A program made the translations under genes and the position numbers. A stretch of 58,540 nt of DNA, the filler included, from Sphacelaria rigidula (Eukaryota): the NCBI GenBank assembly GCA_964200075.2. It is 9 parts of 9 records of this genome, joined end to end, with 100 filler letters (N's around TTAATTAATTAA, not from the genome) between each part and the next. Parts side by side here need not be neighbours in the genome. Positions count along the whole stretch, not along the records: positions 32,581 to 38,995 come from CAXNAA020020204.1; positions 39,096 to 45,510 come from CAXNAA020020205.1; positions 45,611 to 52,025 come from CAXNAA020020206.1; 6 more parts are not named here. One strand, written 5' to 3'. Positions 35,909-49,522 of the stretch are shown piece by piece. The notes beneath the pieces were generated by a model, which was not told where the DNA came from, ran no database searches, and saw nothing but the letters and a program-made list of their open reading frames with translations. The first letter of the stretch is position 1. Each line of letters opens with the position of its first letter.

Positions 35909-36030
35909 CAGCGACATTCAGGATGTTACGGCTCGAAAATTATTTTTTGCCTGTACGACTGTGAACTGTGAGCTGTGAGGTATGTACTTTCAAAGTTCAA
36001 ATTCCACATATCGGATTTCGAAGATTGTAA

Positions 36031-36444
<414 letters not shown>

Positions 36445-36530
36445 ACGTTGCTCCTTAGTCCGACCATGTCAGGCTTTCCATCGCGAGAACAGGGACGATC
36501 ACCCTCTCGACGCAACGAATCAACAACCCT

Positions 36531-36551
36531 GGTGTTTACTCAACACCACCC
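36531..36551 (+). promoter_or_regulatory. Histone mRNA 3' stem-loop
   Basis: GGTGTT-TACTC-AACACC followed by ACCC, 86 nt after the stop codon. Confidence 0.75.
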
Positions 36552-37753
36552 TCTCGACGAACAAAATGCGCCTCGCCTTCCCCCTACCCGTCCCCTAATG
36601 CGGACGGTCATGCTTCCGTTCCATTTGCGGCCTTGCGAGATTTGGGGTGAATCGGTTGCGTTGACAGGTGAAGACAGCCTGCGACCATCGTGTTCCTCCA
36701 GCACTCGAAACTGGGCCGTTAGTTTCCTCCGTCTCGCAGTTCTCCAGGTGAGGTTGGCGGGCATTTGGATTGGTAGGCTAACTGTTCGTACGGCGGGAGA
36801 CCAAACAGCATATCAAGCCATACCAGTGTAAAACGAGACTCCAAGTTGCGACAAACGTGGGTCTATGTCAAGTAAAGATGTATCCGACAAGGAAGAACCT
36901 CCTGAGCCCCAAGAGAAACAAAATACGAACCAGAAAAAACGGCCTGAGGGTGATACATATAGGTTAGTTTACCAAGGAGGTGCACAATGTTCCCGAGGCA
37001 AAGTGCGCATTGGCAGACCTCGAATCGGCGCCGATGTAGACACAACAGCGTTCTGCACACGCTACATACATATGCATCGGAGCGCGGCCCCCACTGAAGA
37101 TGCGAATTTCGGTGTTTACACTAGAATCAAGTGCACCAACTTCAACATACCAAGTGAACACGACGGGATACCTCTCTTTCCTTTTCGACGAAATAATTGA
37201 AGTATGTGATCTACTACTGTAGTGAACCAGCCTCGAGTCACACCTGTAGTGTACGCGGGGACGGATTGAACAGCAGTAGCGAAACGAAGCTTCAAGCAGA
37301 CAGCGAGTGGTACTTTGCCGCCACAGTGGGTCATTGCGATGCTCGTGTATCGGTATATCCCCATCTTACCAGAGCTGAGTGTGTTTTTCCGTGACCGCGC
37401 GCTACCTCGGATGCCAGCGGCAGCAGCCGCCATGCTGACGGGTGCAAGCAGGAGATGAGGTTACCAATGAAATTTCCGAGAACTGTCAACTACCGAGTGG
37501 TGAACTCTACGACCAAGCAGTACCCTAGCGGTACAGTATATCCGCAGTATGCTGTGCGTTGCTCCTTTCATCGGAGCACGGGGTCTGGCCCAGCCGGTCG
37601 AGCGGTGTATACCGGCGCTGGTTGTGTGTGTTTACCCAGCCATGTTCGGAATCACGCATGTGGTGGGTCCGGGTAACATGATTTTTTCAGTTGAGTGTGT
37701 ATACTGCACTGCGTCCCGACTGATGCTCTATTTACAGAGATGAGCACAACCAG

Positions 37754-38050
37754 CAGTGTTTTCGTGAGATTGAGAGTAGAGGATACGAGTGGGAGTGAAA
37801 AACGGTCAACTACTCCATGAGCAGTTTCACTTCCGAAATGCTCCTCTATGAGGCCCGACATGCTTTCTGCAGCTTCTTGCCACTGAATCCCTTGATATAC
37901 CTGAGTAGGATATCGATGTGTAGCTGTAGGCACACGCCAGTGTTGCAGGCGAAGAAAAGCACACACAAAGTGAGGAATTGGTTAAGTTGAAGCGAATGAT
38001 CAAACCCAATCTCAATCAACGCTCTACTCTCACTCTCACGAAAACGTTTG
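37754..38050. mobile_element. MITE family B (CAG-type ends)
   Basis: CAGTGTTTTCGTGAGATTGAGAGTAGAG / CTCTACTCTCACTCTCACGAAAACGTTTG inverted ends; second copy begins at 58475. Confidence 0.8.
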
Positions 38051-38331
38051 TTAACCATGCAGCACCTCAAGGAATCTCAGACTACAGCACATGTGAGAAC
38101 GGACGTAAGTGTGTTTGTGCTGCAAGACAGTGAAGCAGGACATGTCCCATGTTTGTGTCTGACTTCTTCGGCTGATTTGAAACGGGGCCTCAGGGTGTGC
38201 CGGGTGCCGATCTTGAACGCTCGACCATAATGATTCCTCGCGCAAATTATTGAATTCACTACAGATTTCCTGTGCCTTTGTTTCGCCCGAGGTGGGTCCA
38301 AGCGAGTTCGCAAGCCTTCGATCGAAAAAAT

Positions 38332-38900
38332 CAAGGTTGTGTTCTGTAGGGTACGGTTTTCTGTATACCCCGGGTATTTTGCCGGGTATTCACCGTACCC
38401 GACAGTTATGTGACTTCTGTAAGACTTTCATACCGGTACCCGACAGTTCTTTAATCTCTGTAAGACTTTGATACTGTGACCCGACAGTTCTGTGAGTTCT
38501 GTAAGACTCCCGTACGGTTACCGGGGGGCACGGGTATACTCTTGATAAGATACCTGATTGCGGGTACGGTTTTCTGTGCAACCTCCATACCCTACCCGAC
38601 AGTTCTGTGAGTTCTGTACATAATGTTTACCCGTACCCGGAGCGCGGGTATGCTCTTGAAGAATACCCGATTGCCGGTACCGGTTTTCTGTAAGCCTCCC
38701 ATAACGTACCCGACAAAATTTGTATTTTCTGTAAGACTTTCATAACGTACCGGTACCCGACAGTTCTGTGAGCTCTGGAAGCCTCCCATACCTCTACCCG
38801 GGGTTCGTGTATACCGGCATAGATATACCCGATTGCAGGTATGAGAACAGGTATATACCTTGGGGAGGCACGGATATAGGTTCCATCCAAACACAACCTC
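38332..38900. mobile_element. MITE with internal repeats
   Basis: AGGTTGTGTT / AACACAACCT ends; repeated ACCCGACAGTTCTGTGAGTTCTGTA and GGTACGGTTTTCTGT. Confidence 0.7.
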
Positions 38901-39095
38901 ATGACCTGAATATGTGCCTCCCATCAACGGGCCTTACAGACTGGAATACGTTATTCACCGCCCCAAATTCCCGAAAACCTCATTCTGGGCGACGGNNNNN
39001 NNNNNNNNNNNNNNNNNNNNNNNNNNNNNNNNNNNNNNNTTAATTAATTAANNNNNNNNNNNNNNNNNNNNNNNNNNNNNNNNNNNNNNNNNNNN

Positions 39096-39450
39096 GCAAT
39101 GGTCAAACGACCAAGGCAAGCAACAGATGAGTACGCCCCCCCCCCCTCCTCCCTCCCTCCTCCCTCCCTCCTCCCTCCCTACTAGACAGTAGCGAGAAAA
39201 TAATGGCTATGCTAGGAGATAGATGGTGGCCACAGACTGCGAAACGAGACGGGGATAAGATACGTAAAAGTTTTTTTGTAGTGTATGGAAGAAACGTAAT
39301 GAGCACCGAAATGTCGGAGGTGTCTCTACTAGGAGTAGGAACGGTGCTCCGTCTCGGAAGGGATACGTTGTCAACGGTCAAACGACTAAGGCAAGGACCA
39401 AATGCGTACACTCTTCCCCCCCCCCCCCCCCAACCGTACGCCCCCCCCTG
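39096..39450 (+). mobile_element. Two tandem LINE 3'-end fragments, each ending in a C tract
   Basis: GAGTACG plus C/CCCT run to 39180, then GACAGTAGCGAGAAAA..GGAGATAGATGGTGGCC (as at 6100-6300) and a second C run. Confidence 0.85.
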
Positions 39451-39766
39451 CCCCCATGCCAAATTGTGGGCTTGTATGATTTTTTGGGGTTGTTGGTACT
39501 TCTCGGTCGTCATGAAGCCATTATCCAAATCGTGTGGTCCAGTATCTGAGAGATATGTCACCCCCAGCGAGAGGTGCGAATCGACCATTTTCAAGGTCAT
39601 CACTGGGGCATGCGGAGAGTAGGGAGGGGTCAGGTTAACCCTTTTGGAACCGGACGTCCACAGACCAGGGGCAAGGAGCTGGTTTGCACGCAAGGTTCAT
39701 TTTTATGAATCGGCATCATTTTCAGTCGTTTTCCGCTGAGAATCACACTGCGTAGTGTTGAAATGG

Positions 39767-40070
39767 TGAGACACCCGTCAAGCAGTGTGCATCCCGTGGC
39801 TGTCTCTGGAGGTGGCGATACAAAATAATGCATCTCATTATAGACTGTAATAATCCAAATGCAAGATAAGCAGTACGCTTCGGACCGAACAAGCTTAGCA
39901 GGATGCACCTCACCCTTCATGCTACTCGCCGAACACATCACGGTGCGTCGCGCTTGGCGACTGATTACGAGCCTGGCCTGGCGAAAACCCGGCGTGCTCC
40001 GTCCCGGCTTTCGTCTGGATGCGCAGGTCAATGGTCATATGACTACGGCACGCAAGATCACGAGTACCCC
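39767..40070 (+). mobile_element. Retroposon family II 3' region
   Basis: Homologous to 42792-43107 (minus); 3' terminus GGTCAATGGTCATATGACTA..GAGTACCCC shared with the LINE. Confidence 0.75.
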
Positions 40071-40245
40071 TGGTTAATCCACTCAGGTCGCAAAAGCGTT
40101 CATTTGACTAGATCATGAACGATTCGCCTCTATCTCCGAAATCAAAGACACCTTAGTGCTAGCCTTCGAATTGTCAACTTGCACCTCTCGTCAAAATTTC
40201 AGTTCAGAGTCTGCAGTTTTGACCAACTTTGGCGCCATTTGCTAC

Positions 40246-40330
40246 TGACCACGCATCCCTTTCGAGACGGGCGGGGTGGGGGGTAGGGGGGGTACTCATG
40301 ATCTTGTATGGCATAGTCATATGAGCATTT
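40246..40330 (-). mobile_element. Nested retroposon 3' ends
   Basis: Minus strand: ATGAGTACCCCCCCTACCCCCACCCCGCC directly followed by CGTCTCGAAAGGGATGCGTGG. Confidence 0.7.
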
Positions 40331-40646
40331 TTGCTTGGGGGGGGAGGGGTCGAGGGGAGGACATAAAAATGTCTGGCATGCAGCTCGTACATGCTCTCAT
40401 GGCAGGGTCACACACCGCGGTGGACTCATTTATTATTATTACGCCATATTTTATATACCTTACAAAATTTTGATTGTAGTTTTTCCGCAGCTTTGAGATA
40501 TTCGTCACAGTTTTTAGCCCCCCAAAAGGGAAGATCGTTACGACAGCTCCTAAGCACTTTCCATATTTCCTTACTGGAAAAAACCTAGCCCACTATTACC
40601 TCAGACCTCAGCTTTCGAGAGTGGTCTCTGAATTAAAATGCACCTT

Positions 40647-40692
40647 GATTGATTTGATTTGATTTGATTTGATTTGATTTGATTTGATTGAT
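40647..40692. repeat. (GATTT)n microsatellite
   Basis: Direct reading. Confidence 0.9.
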
Positions 40693-40847
40693 TACCGCAC
40701 TTTAACTGACTCCCCAGGGATGCAGCTGTGTTCACATTATAGAGGTGCCCGAGAAAAAACAAAAGTGAAAACACCTCGTCGAAGAATAAGAAGGAATACC
40801 TGTAGGAAAAGTCGAACGCAGAACGACATAGCAGACTAAGATGTAAA

Positions 40848-40919
40848 ATGATAATAATAATAATAAAAATAAAAATAAAAATAATAATAATAATAATAGT
40901 AATGATAATAATAATAATG

Positions 40920-40961
<42 letters not shown>

Positions 40962-41007
40962 GTAATAATAATAATAATAATGACAATGATAATAATGATA
41001 ATAATAA
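40848..41007. repeat. (ATA)n microsatellite
   Basis: Direct reading. Confidence 0.95.
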
Positions 41008-41857
41008 GTCAACACAAGCAAATCACAAAAAAAATGGCCGATCTCAAACGAAAAAAGGCCAAAATAACATAAAAGAGTACAAATTAAAAAGAGCAACAAA
41101 GAAAAAAAAGTGACCCCCCCTGGAAAAAGCCCTGGGGATTCAGGGTAGCACCGTAGATACAGACACACAACCTTGGACATAGAAATATCCAAGACTTTGC
41201 GGTTTACACCTCCAGTCAGATTTTTGTTCAAAGGTCATGCTCGAATCGTCGTGGCGGAGGGAATCGTAATACGGGCTAGAGTTCCCAAGGCGATGTGATT
41301 CAGAATGTCCAAGACTCGTGGTAACGCCACTTCCTGTTTTGTGGCAAAAAGCTGTGCCAAATGTCCCACAAATTAGAAAATTGAACCCCAACAAAGGTCA
41401 ATCCCCATGGAAGATAGTAGACTAAGACGTGAAAAAAAATAATAAAAAAGTCAACAAAAGCAAAGCACAGAGAGAAATGGCCGACCTGAAACAAAAAAGG
41501 GAAGGAGAGGGAAGTCAAGAGAAAATAAAATAAAAAAGAATAAAACAAAATAAGATAATATGATGAAAAGAAGGAACAAGCTTGTTTTGTTCTTTTCATT
41601 GTTCTTTCTTTTTTCTTTCTTTTTTCTGTCTTTTTTCTTTCTTTTTTTCCCTTCTTCTTTACCCTTAGTCTACTCTGTTTGTCTGTTCCACCTTTTTTTC
41701 TGTTTTTTTCACTCTTTTTTTTCAGCGAGTGTTTCCATTTATTTCGTCTCGAGTACGTCCGTCGTGTGGATAATGACCACGACTGGATCATGACTCCTGG
41801 GCAATCAGTTCAATTGCAACAATCGATCACTCAACCGTTCAACCACTCAACCAATCA

Positions 41858-42053
41858 CCACGCATCCCTTTCAAGACGGAGCACCGCTCCTACACCTGAT
41901 AGAGACACGTTTAACATTCCGGCGCTCATTACGTTTCTTCCACACATTACGCAAAAACCTTTTACATATCTTATCCCCGTCCTGTTTCGCCGTCTGTGGC
42001 CATCATCTACTTCGTATCTCCCAGTATAGCCATCATTTTCTCGCTACTGTCTA
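41858..42053 (-). mobile_element. LINE 3' fragment
   Basis: Reverse complement of the sequence type at 39183-39370. Confidence 0.8.
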
Positions 42054-42791
42054 ATGCATCAAACGATTTCATGTCATGTTCGTTCACGTCCCGCATTTCC
42101 CCCTCTAGCACGTCCCGTTCCTCCTTGTATAGTTCACATTCTGCCACTACATAAGTGGGCGGAAAATATTCAGGGGTGTTTTGGGGTTTTCCTCGCCTAC
42201 TACTCTTCGATAGAACTCGAGATTGCTAGCCTCGGTAGAATAGATCATCCTCGCAAAACAATGCCCAAGTCAATGTTAGTTGGTGTTATGGAGCGATACG
42301 AGTAAATACCCCGTTCATCAGGAGGGTGTTATTGACCGTGAAACACAGTTTTTCGGCTCTGATGCAACGATTAGGCAGAATTTCAGAAAAATAAAACTGT
42401 AAAATTCTTCACGGATATGATCGGGGTATGCTCAATCGACCGAAAATACCGAAGAGTAAGAATCTGGGCTGAAACAACGCAGGACCCCCGATGACCGGTC
42501 AGCCCGTAAGTCACTCAATATTGAGTACCGACGATTTTTAACTTCTTGAAATGTGCAGTGGGTACAAACATCCTTTGATCTCCAATGTGATCAGTGATGG
42601 CAAGCGAAAAGAGCTCAAGAAAATCGCCAACTACGAAAAAATCACAAAATGCCACAGAATGAATAGTTAGACCGCCCATTACTGTATATGACTTCTGCTC
42701 TCTATTGCTTTGCCACAGAGGCAGTTCTATGCATCTGCTTTCTCCTTCACACGACTACTGGTGTATCTCTTTCTTCTTTTTGGCAGGTTCA

Positions 42792-43107
42792 GGGAGGGGG
42801 GCGTACTCATGCTCTTGCATACCATAGTCATATGACCATTGCCCTCGCATCCTTACGAAGCAGGGACGGAGCACGCCGGGTTTCCGCCGGACCAGGCTCG
42901 CCGTCAAGCACCAAGCGTGAAGCGCCGTGGTGTGTTCGGCGAGGCGCATGAAGGATGAGCTGCATCCTGCTAAGATTGTTCGGCCCGAAGCGTGCTGACT
43001 ATCTTGCATTTGAATGATAACAGCCTCGAATGAGCTGCTTCATTTTCTGGTATCACCACTTCCAGAGACAGCCACGGCTTACACACTGCCTCACGGGTGT
43101 CTCACCA
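42792..43107 (-). mobile_element. Retroposon family II 3' region
   Basis: Homologue of 39767-40070, ending GAGCATGAGTACGCCCCCCTCCC. Confidence 0.75.
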
Positions 43108-43480
43108 TGTAAACGCTACTACGTAGTACGATCATCCCCATTGTGCGAAGTTGAGGTTCTCCCACCCCGCACAATATGATCTAGCTCGACCACCATCGTG
43201 GTTACCGCAAAAAAAACGCAAGCGCGCGCAAAAAAAGAAGGTAACCTGGTTGCCAAGCTTAAGCAATGAGTAGCGTGTTTTATAGGGTCATTGCCAACCG
43301 ACGCCATGGTCAGACCACCGTGGGCAGGGGGGGGGAATGCGGCGGCGGAATCGTTGGCAATGATCAGCCGGAAGGCTCGAAAGAGCTGCATGATGAGTGT
43401 CTTACGGCCGAAGCTCATAAGAGGAGGGCGGTGCGAGCACTGCGCCAAGTTGACGGGGGGTTTCAGTGGGTTCGATCCCC

Positions 43481-43751
43481 GAGTGATGCTACGGTAGGGG
43501 TGCACAAATATTTTCTGAGGTTAGAATTGTTATGAATAGGAGCCCTTTATCTCATCCAAAACACCACTTACAAAATATGTGTGAGTACTCCAGGATTACT
43601 ATTCCAATGTGCTAGAGATATTGTATCCCGAATGAATTTGCAAACGGGGATGCCCTGACCCGTATTCTTGTGCAAGCAATCTAGAATCGTCAGGAGCCCC
43701 TGAACCAGACAAGATTTCGTGAAAAAGTGCACCCCTACCGTAGCATCGCTC
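43481..43751 (+). mobile_element. MITE family A, 25-bp TIR, 4-bp TSD CCCC
   Basis: GAGTGATGCTACGGTAGGGGTGCAC / GTGCACCCCTACCGTAGCATCGCTC; CCCC on both flanks. Confidence 0.88.
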
Positions 43752-45367
43752 CCCCGCATTACCTTGGGCAAAGATTTTCCCGAACGCTTGAGGCGCCTAC
43801 AGCACATGGCGGTCACGAGGCTGTCTAGCGGAGCCTCCGAGTAATCGGCACACGAATCCATTCGTTGGGACATGTAAGTGTTTGGGCCAGGTTTCCCCCA
43901 TTTCTTCAAGAAAACCGAAAAATAATGATGGGTGCCCCTCGCCGTGTTTTTAATAAAACCCGGACGCGTTATAGGTGGCGGCGGCGTCGACAGCGTCATT
44001 TCCGCGACGCCCTACAAGCTGGACTACGGAAATACAACGACCGATGCTGTGGCGGCTCGGCTCGGCTGGACGAACGATGCACTCGATCAGCAGGCTAGGT
44101 CGGCCCTGAAGTTGAAGCCGTCTTCCTCGTCATGTGCGTTATGCCGAGCGTCTTCATCGACACGTGCGTTGTTCCGAGCGATAACAGCAGCAAAAGAAGA
44201 TGAAGAAAAAAGAAGGATGGCCCGGGTGAATGGGAGGGTGGTGGCACACGTACGTACATATATATTTTCCTTGTAATAAAAAAGCAACTTTGAGCAGCTC
44301 AGCAGTAGTACTAAAGTGTGAAGTGAACAAAAGAAAACTCAGCTCGGCCACGGAAGAATGCAAGAAACTACGTATAATGCTGCTGAAAGCTTGGCAACTG
44401 TACCAGAAAGAGGTGGCGAAAATAAAAAAAATAAAAACAGCGAATACGGCGGAAACAGACGAAAATCACCTATTTTTTATTTTTGACCCTGTCCCGGTGC
44501 TTTTTTCTCGTATAAATACGGTGACCCGAGTCATTCCTGACACCTCGGAATGATTTCCTCTATTATCTGAGCGGATTCCGGAAAAATCTTGGCAATCTTC
44601 TGGTACGTGCGATTTGACGCCGGATATAAAACGAAAAATAGTGGATTTTTGCAGACAACCGATCGAAAGTGATTTTGCAAAAATGCACTTTTTTGTGGAG
44701 TCAGAAAGGCTCGTCAAAAGATGCACTACTGTAACTTTTGTTACATTTGTTTTCGACCCACAGTCGAATCTCAGCACGCTCAAAAAATCTACGAAGCTGT
44801 GCTGAAATCGTCCCCGATAGCAGAGTAAGTCACTCCAAGGTGGGGTGTACCTCACACCTGACTCTCTTTTCCCTCGATATATATATATATATACTACCGA
44901 AAGATCAAAACATACACTTTTGATTCGGTTTATTGTACATGTTTGTGGTCCCATGAGACGTGGTACACAATAGCAGAGAAATTTCGTTCGTGTTGAGCAA
45001 AAGGGGGTTTTACTTTCTTTTCGTAGGGTTTCCTCCCCTGACTGAAAAAAAGGAATGGACTGCTGTGGGCAACTCATGCAGCACATGCCAAGAAAGTCAA
45101 GGGCGTGCTGTACCTCTCATGTCAAGCGAGCGCTTCTTGAAACCCGTCGTGCATGATGGAAAGAGCCCTTTGATGCCAGGTATACCGCCAACGAGGAACG
45201 CCATTCCGTGATCATCAACAATCGAGAGCAATGACAATAATAGTGTTTCGTGATGTCGACAGGAGATTATCATTTTGGTCCCTGGGTGCCCTTACTGTAA
45301 TCTTCAACCTTTACGATTGGAGAATAACGTCAGTTGATGCCTACGAAAGCCCCCCCTACCCCCCCTC

Positions 45368-45448
45368 AGATGGTGGCCAGAGACGGCGAAACAGGACGGA
45401 GATAAGATATGTAAGAGGTTCTTGTGTAATGTATGGAAGAAACGTAAT
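45368..45448 (+). mobile_element. LINE 3' fragment starting directly after a C tract
   Basis: CAGATGGTGGCCAGAGACGGCGAAACAGG..GGAAGAAACGTAAT, as at 6134-6215. Confidence 0.75.
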
Positions 45449-46593
45449 TAGCTATAGTAAGACGGTAACGACCGCCAGATTGTCGCATTCGCCTCTAGTA
45501 AAAGTACGAANNNNNNNNNNNNNNNNNNNNNNNNNNNNNNNNNNNNNNNNNNNNTTAATTAATTAANNNNNNNNNNNNNNNNNNNNNNNNNNNNNNNNNN
45601 NNNNNNNNNNTCGTTCTCGTTAGTTCGTAGTCGGCCTTCGGTGTGGGGGGCGTGAGGGGGGGGGGGGGCGGGGGGGGCGGGGGGGGGTAGCATCGAAGGT
45701 TATAACTCACGGGCACCATCGGCTCGACTTAAGGTAGTCTGCGTCATGCAGGGGAAGCAGAGGGCGCACGCTGCCATACGAAGATAGGCAAGACGGAAGT
45801 ACATCGCATATGGCACCAGCTGGTGCAGTTTCGTGTGTTTTCAAGCTTTGAGTTCGATAAAGTTGAAACTTCTCCCCCGAGGGGGTAGAGGGGGTGGGAC
45901 GGGTTGGAGGGGGGAGGGGGGTTCCTGGGCATCCAAAAGTCCATTGCTCGGGTACCTATGCCTTGACTACAAATTCTGGGTACTTTATTGCACCTAAAAA
46001 GTATTTCACCTGAACATATCACTACGTAACCACCCAGTTATTGTCTAGAGAGTCAGTAGGTCGTGTTGTGGTGAAACTCACCGATGTTCCTCGCTACCCC
46101 TTGGAATTGCTACGAACCCTCATCCAGTGTCACCAGCGCGGCGGTTGCACGATGAATCGACAGCGGTTACCATAGACGGTACAGTTGTAGGAGGTGCGCT
46201 TTGGTGTAACGGTATAAGATATCGAGGGGTCGGCATGAAAGTTTTCATATTCGACATTCCAGGACGGGGGGCACACTGTCCCACCAAATTGTGATTTGAA
46301 TATCTAGTGTGTTCGACTTCTCTTGAGCCCTATCCCGTAAGGGGGCGTCACGATACCGTGCGGTCATTGCATTGACAATGGTCGTAGTTTTATCTCAACC
46401 AAGCATGGTCGCAGCGGTCGTCTACGCAATCGCAAGGATAGATAATGGCCTTTGTGTGCATTTTACTGAACCACTACAGAGTACAATATACTACTGGAGC
46501 TCTGCGTGACAGACCAACTCGGACTACCGCGTCCAGTATTCAGAACGCGTGCATTGGTACAACATAGTATCATGGTAAATACGTCCAGCTCAC

Positions 46594-46862
46594 CTGCCAG
46601 CGTTTCCCAAAGCGACACACGTAATCATACCATCGTGCCCCGACAGTATGTGTTGCTCATGCGGATCGCTGAAGTCGCAAATGACTACCGTACCCCCCGC
46701 AGCGTACACCATGTGCTGTCCATTTGGGTGGTAGAAGAGCGCACCGGGCAGACTGGAGTACCCTACTGCGTGCTCTAATTCCATTCCCGGCTTTTCGTTC
46801 ACACCGTCGTCTCCAATAGCCGGCGGTTGTGGCGCGTTCTCCTGGGCGGCGTTTTTGGCCAT
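46594..46862 (-). CDS. Probable first exon of a WD40-repeat protein, CFAP52/WDR16-like N-terminus
   Basis: MELEHAVGY..LFYHPNGQHMVYAAGGTVVI..QHILSGHDGMITCVAL, then a CAG|GTGAG donor. Confidence 0.8.
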
Positions 46863-49060
46863 TTTCGAGCTGTATGCTGCAGGATGTGTACTAATGAAAA
46901 TATTCAGCTGGGCGATTCCAAAAGGTCCATGGGTTGAAAGGATGTCGTTCTCTTTGCCCCCGCCGTATTCGTGACTCCCGATGTCGCTTCGTCACGTTTC
47001 AGTCTGCTCGCCAGGTGTCTGAGAATGCCGTCAAGGACGAAAGCGTTACCGCGAACATCGATACGCACACGACGGATATACGAGGAACACGGTGATAGGC
47101 ACGACAAGTCGGCAGTGCATTCAATGCAGTGCTCAGCAGCCGCCCAAAGAAAGCACTCAAGGTGTACTTTATCTGAGGTGTCTCTCACGCGACTTGATGG
47201 TGTTCGGAGAGCTCGAAAGTCTAGGGGCAATTGGCAACCTCGACCGCTGCACCCTACGAAAATCAAATTATTGTTCCGATATCTTTCGGTGGCATATCCC
47301 CCGGCCTCTATTCGGTACAATATTTTCGGTTAACGCTCCCGCGGAAGGAGTGCAGATGCTGTGTCGTCGTCGTGGCCGAAACTTTTAAATACGGTGTACA
47401 GTTGTCTTTCCAGGATAAAGATGACCACCCAAGATTACCGCACAGTGGCTCACTATTGCTGTCATTTCGTCTAAATTGCCCAACGCTGTCAACAAATACT
47501 CGCACTCAATCCCGCGCTGAGCGTATGTCACGCTGTTGGACGAACGCGCGTTTTGAACATTTCCCTCAATTTGGGCTTTGCTGCCGGTTTATGGATTTGC
47601 CCTGTCGAAAAAAAAGTGAAACCTAACATGTCTTACTCCCTCTGGTCGGGAATGTAAGTTCGAATCAATTTGGTGGAAATATAAGCTCGTTTGGTATAAC
47701 TCTCTTCCCAGGACCGATTTCTGGCTGGGGACCACGTAGTAGTGTTCTCTAAATGTGTTCTCTAAATGACTGATGGGTTCGTGATTTTCGACAAAAAAAA
47801 ATGGGGCTGGCGGGGGAGGAATAATTTCATCCCTGGGTTTAGTGACGCGAGATAACACCCCCAGGAGACAAGTACTTCAACGTAGCCTTTTCGCCCCTGT
47901 ACCAGTAGAAACAGCAGTAGAAACCGCGGAACTCTCACCACCACCACCACCACCTCCACCACCACCTCCATCACCACCACCAGAGCTAGCGGCACTTTCG
48001 TTCGACGACATGGGAAGGAATCGACGAGAGTACGGTGAACCCGAAAAGTCCTCTCTCAAGCCAGAGTGCCTATCTTCTTCTGGGTCGACTGACCGCTGTA
48101 ATAAGATTGGTCGCCTCCCGGACATCTCGGTATTGCGCGATTCTCCATAATAACGCTGGTAGAGCCACTGTGAACAAGTTTCCGAAAGTTTTTGACCGGA
48201 ACCCGTTCAACCGGAGATTTTCCTTTCTTTCTTTTTTACCTGTTCCTCCAGAGTGTGCAAGTAGTTCGATGTTGGGTTCTCATAAAAAAAACTCGGTTTC
48301 CACAACGTTCAAAGGCTATGACACGATACATGCATGTGTAATGCCATAGCCTTTGACAGCGTTTCTCCAGGTAGGTCATAAGAAAACTAACTGACAAAAA
48401 AAAGCTCGGGGAAACTCCTTCATGGGCCCCTGATATTCACAGTTCCAAGCGAGCTTACATTCCCGACCAGAGGAAGTACACACTGTATTGTTTTTGAGTC
48501 CACACTCTTCTTCGTGTGTGTCTGTTCCGTCCTTCTGTTTTCTTCATTTTCTCTTGGCGAGTTTTTGTTTCGTTCAATCTCGGGCATACGTCTATTGAGG
48601 GATCCGTGAATGAATGAATGTGTAACCATCAATCTATCTATCAATCAACATGTAATTTATCTTGGCTCGGGCGGTTTGGGCGATTTTAGCGAACTTCGAC
48701 TACTCACTGTCAAAGTATCATTATTATTTTATATTTTCGACACATATATTGGTCCGATCTCTCGAACCCCTGGTCACAGACGCAGGTTTGTCTTCCCAAT
48801 ACCGTCCTTATCATCATTGTAATAATTTGACGCTTCCAATGTGAGAAAAGCTTCCGCAGTTCAGGTGCCCTCCACTTGACGGTTAATTAAATATAACTGG
48901 AAAAACAAATGATACCAGCAAATGCTCTCTACTCGTTGCGTCGAGAGATACCAACGACTATACTACTTACATGGCGTGGCTATACTGCCGAACAAATTCT
49001 CGTTACACTGGTTGAACGACGTTTACTGTATGGAAAAATGGCTGGTCGACCGACGAAATT

Positions 49061-49522
49061 TTATTACTACTATTATTACTACTACTACTATTACTATTAC
49101 TATTACTATTACTATTACTATTACTATTACTATTACTATTACTATTACTATTACCATTACTATTACCATTACTATTACTATTACCATTACTATTACTACT
49201 AGTATTATTACTATTATTACTACTAGTATTGCTATTATTACTATTATTATTACTACTATTACTATGACTATCACTATTACTATTACTATTACTATTATTA
49301 CCATTATTACTATTACTATTACTATTACTATTACTATTACTATCACTATTACTATCACTATTACTATTATCATTATCATTATCATCATCATCATCATCAT
49401 TATCATTATCACCATCACCATCATCATCATCATTATCATCATCATTACTCGTATTATCATCATTATCATTATTATCATTATCATTATCATTGTTATTATT
49501 ATTATCATCATTGTCATTACTA
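49061..49522. repeat. Compound (TAT/TAC/CAT)n microsatellite
   Basis: Direct reading. Confidence 0.97.

Noticed and set aside
40732..41231. Poly-L/I/Y ORFs
   Set aside because: Translations of the (ATA)n microsatellite.
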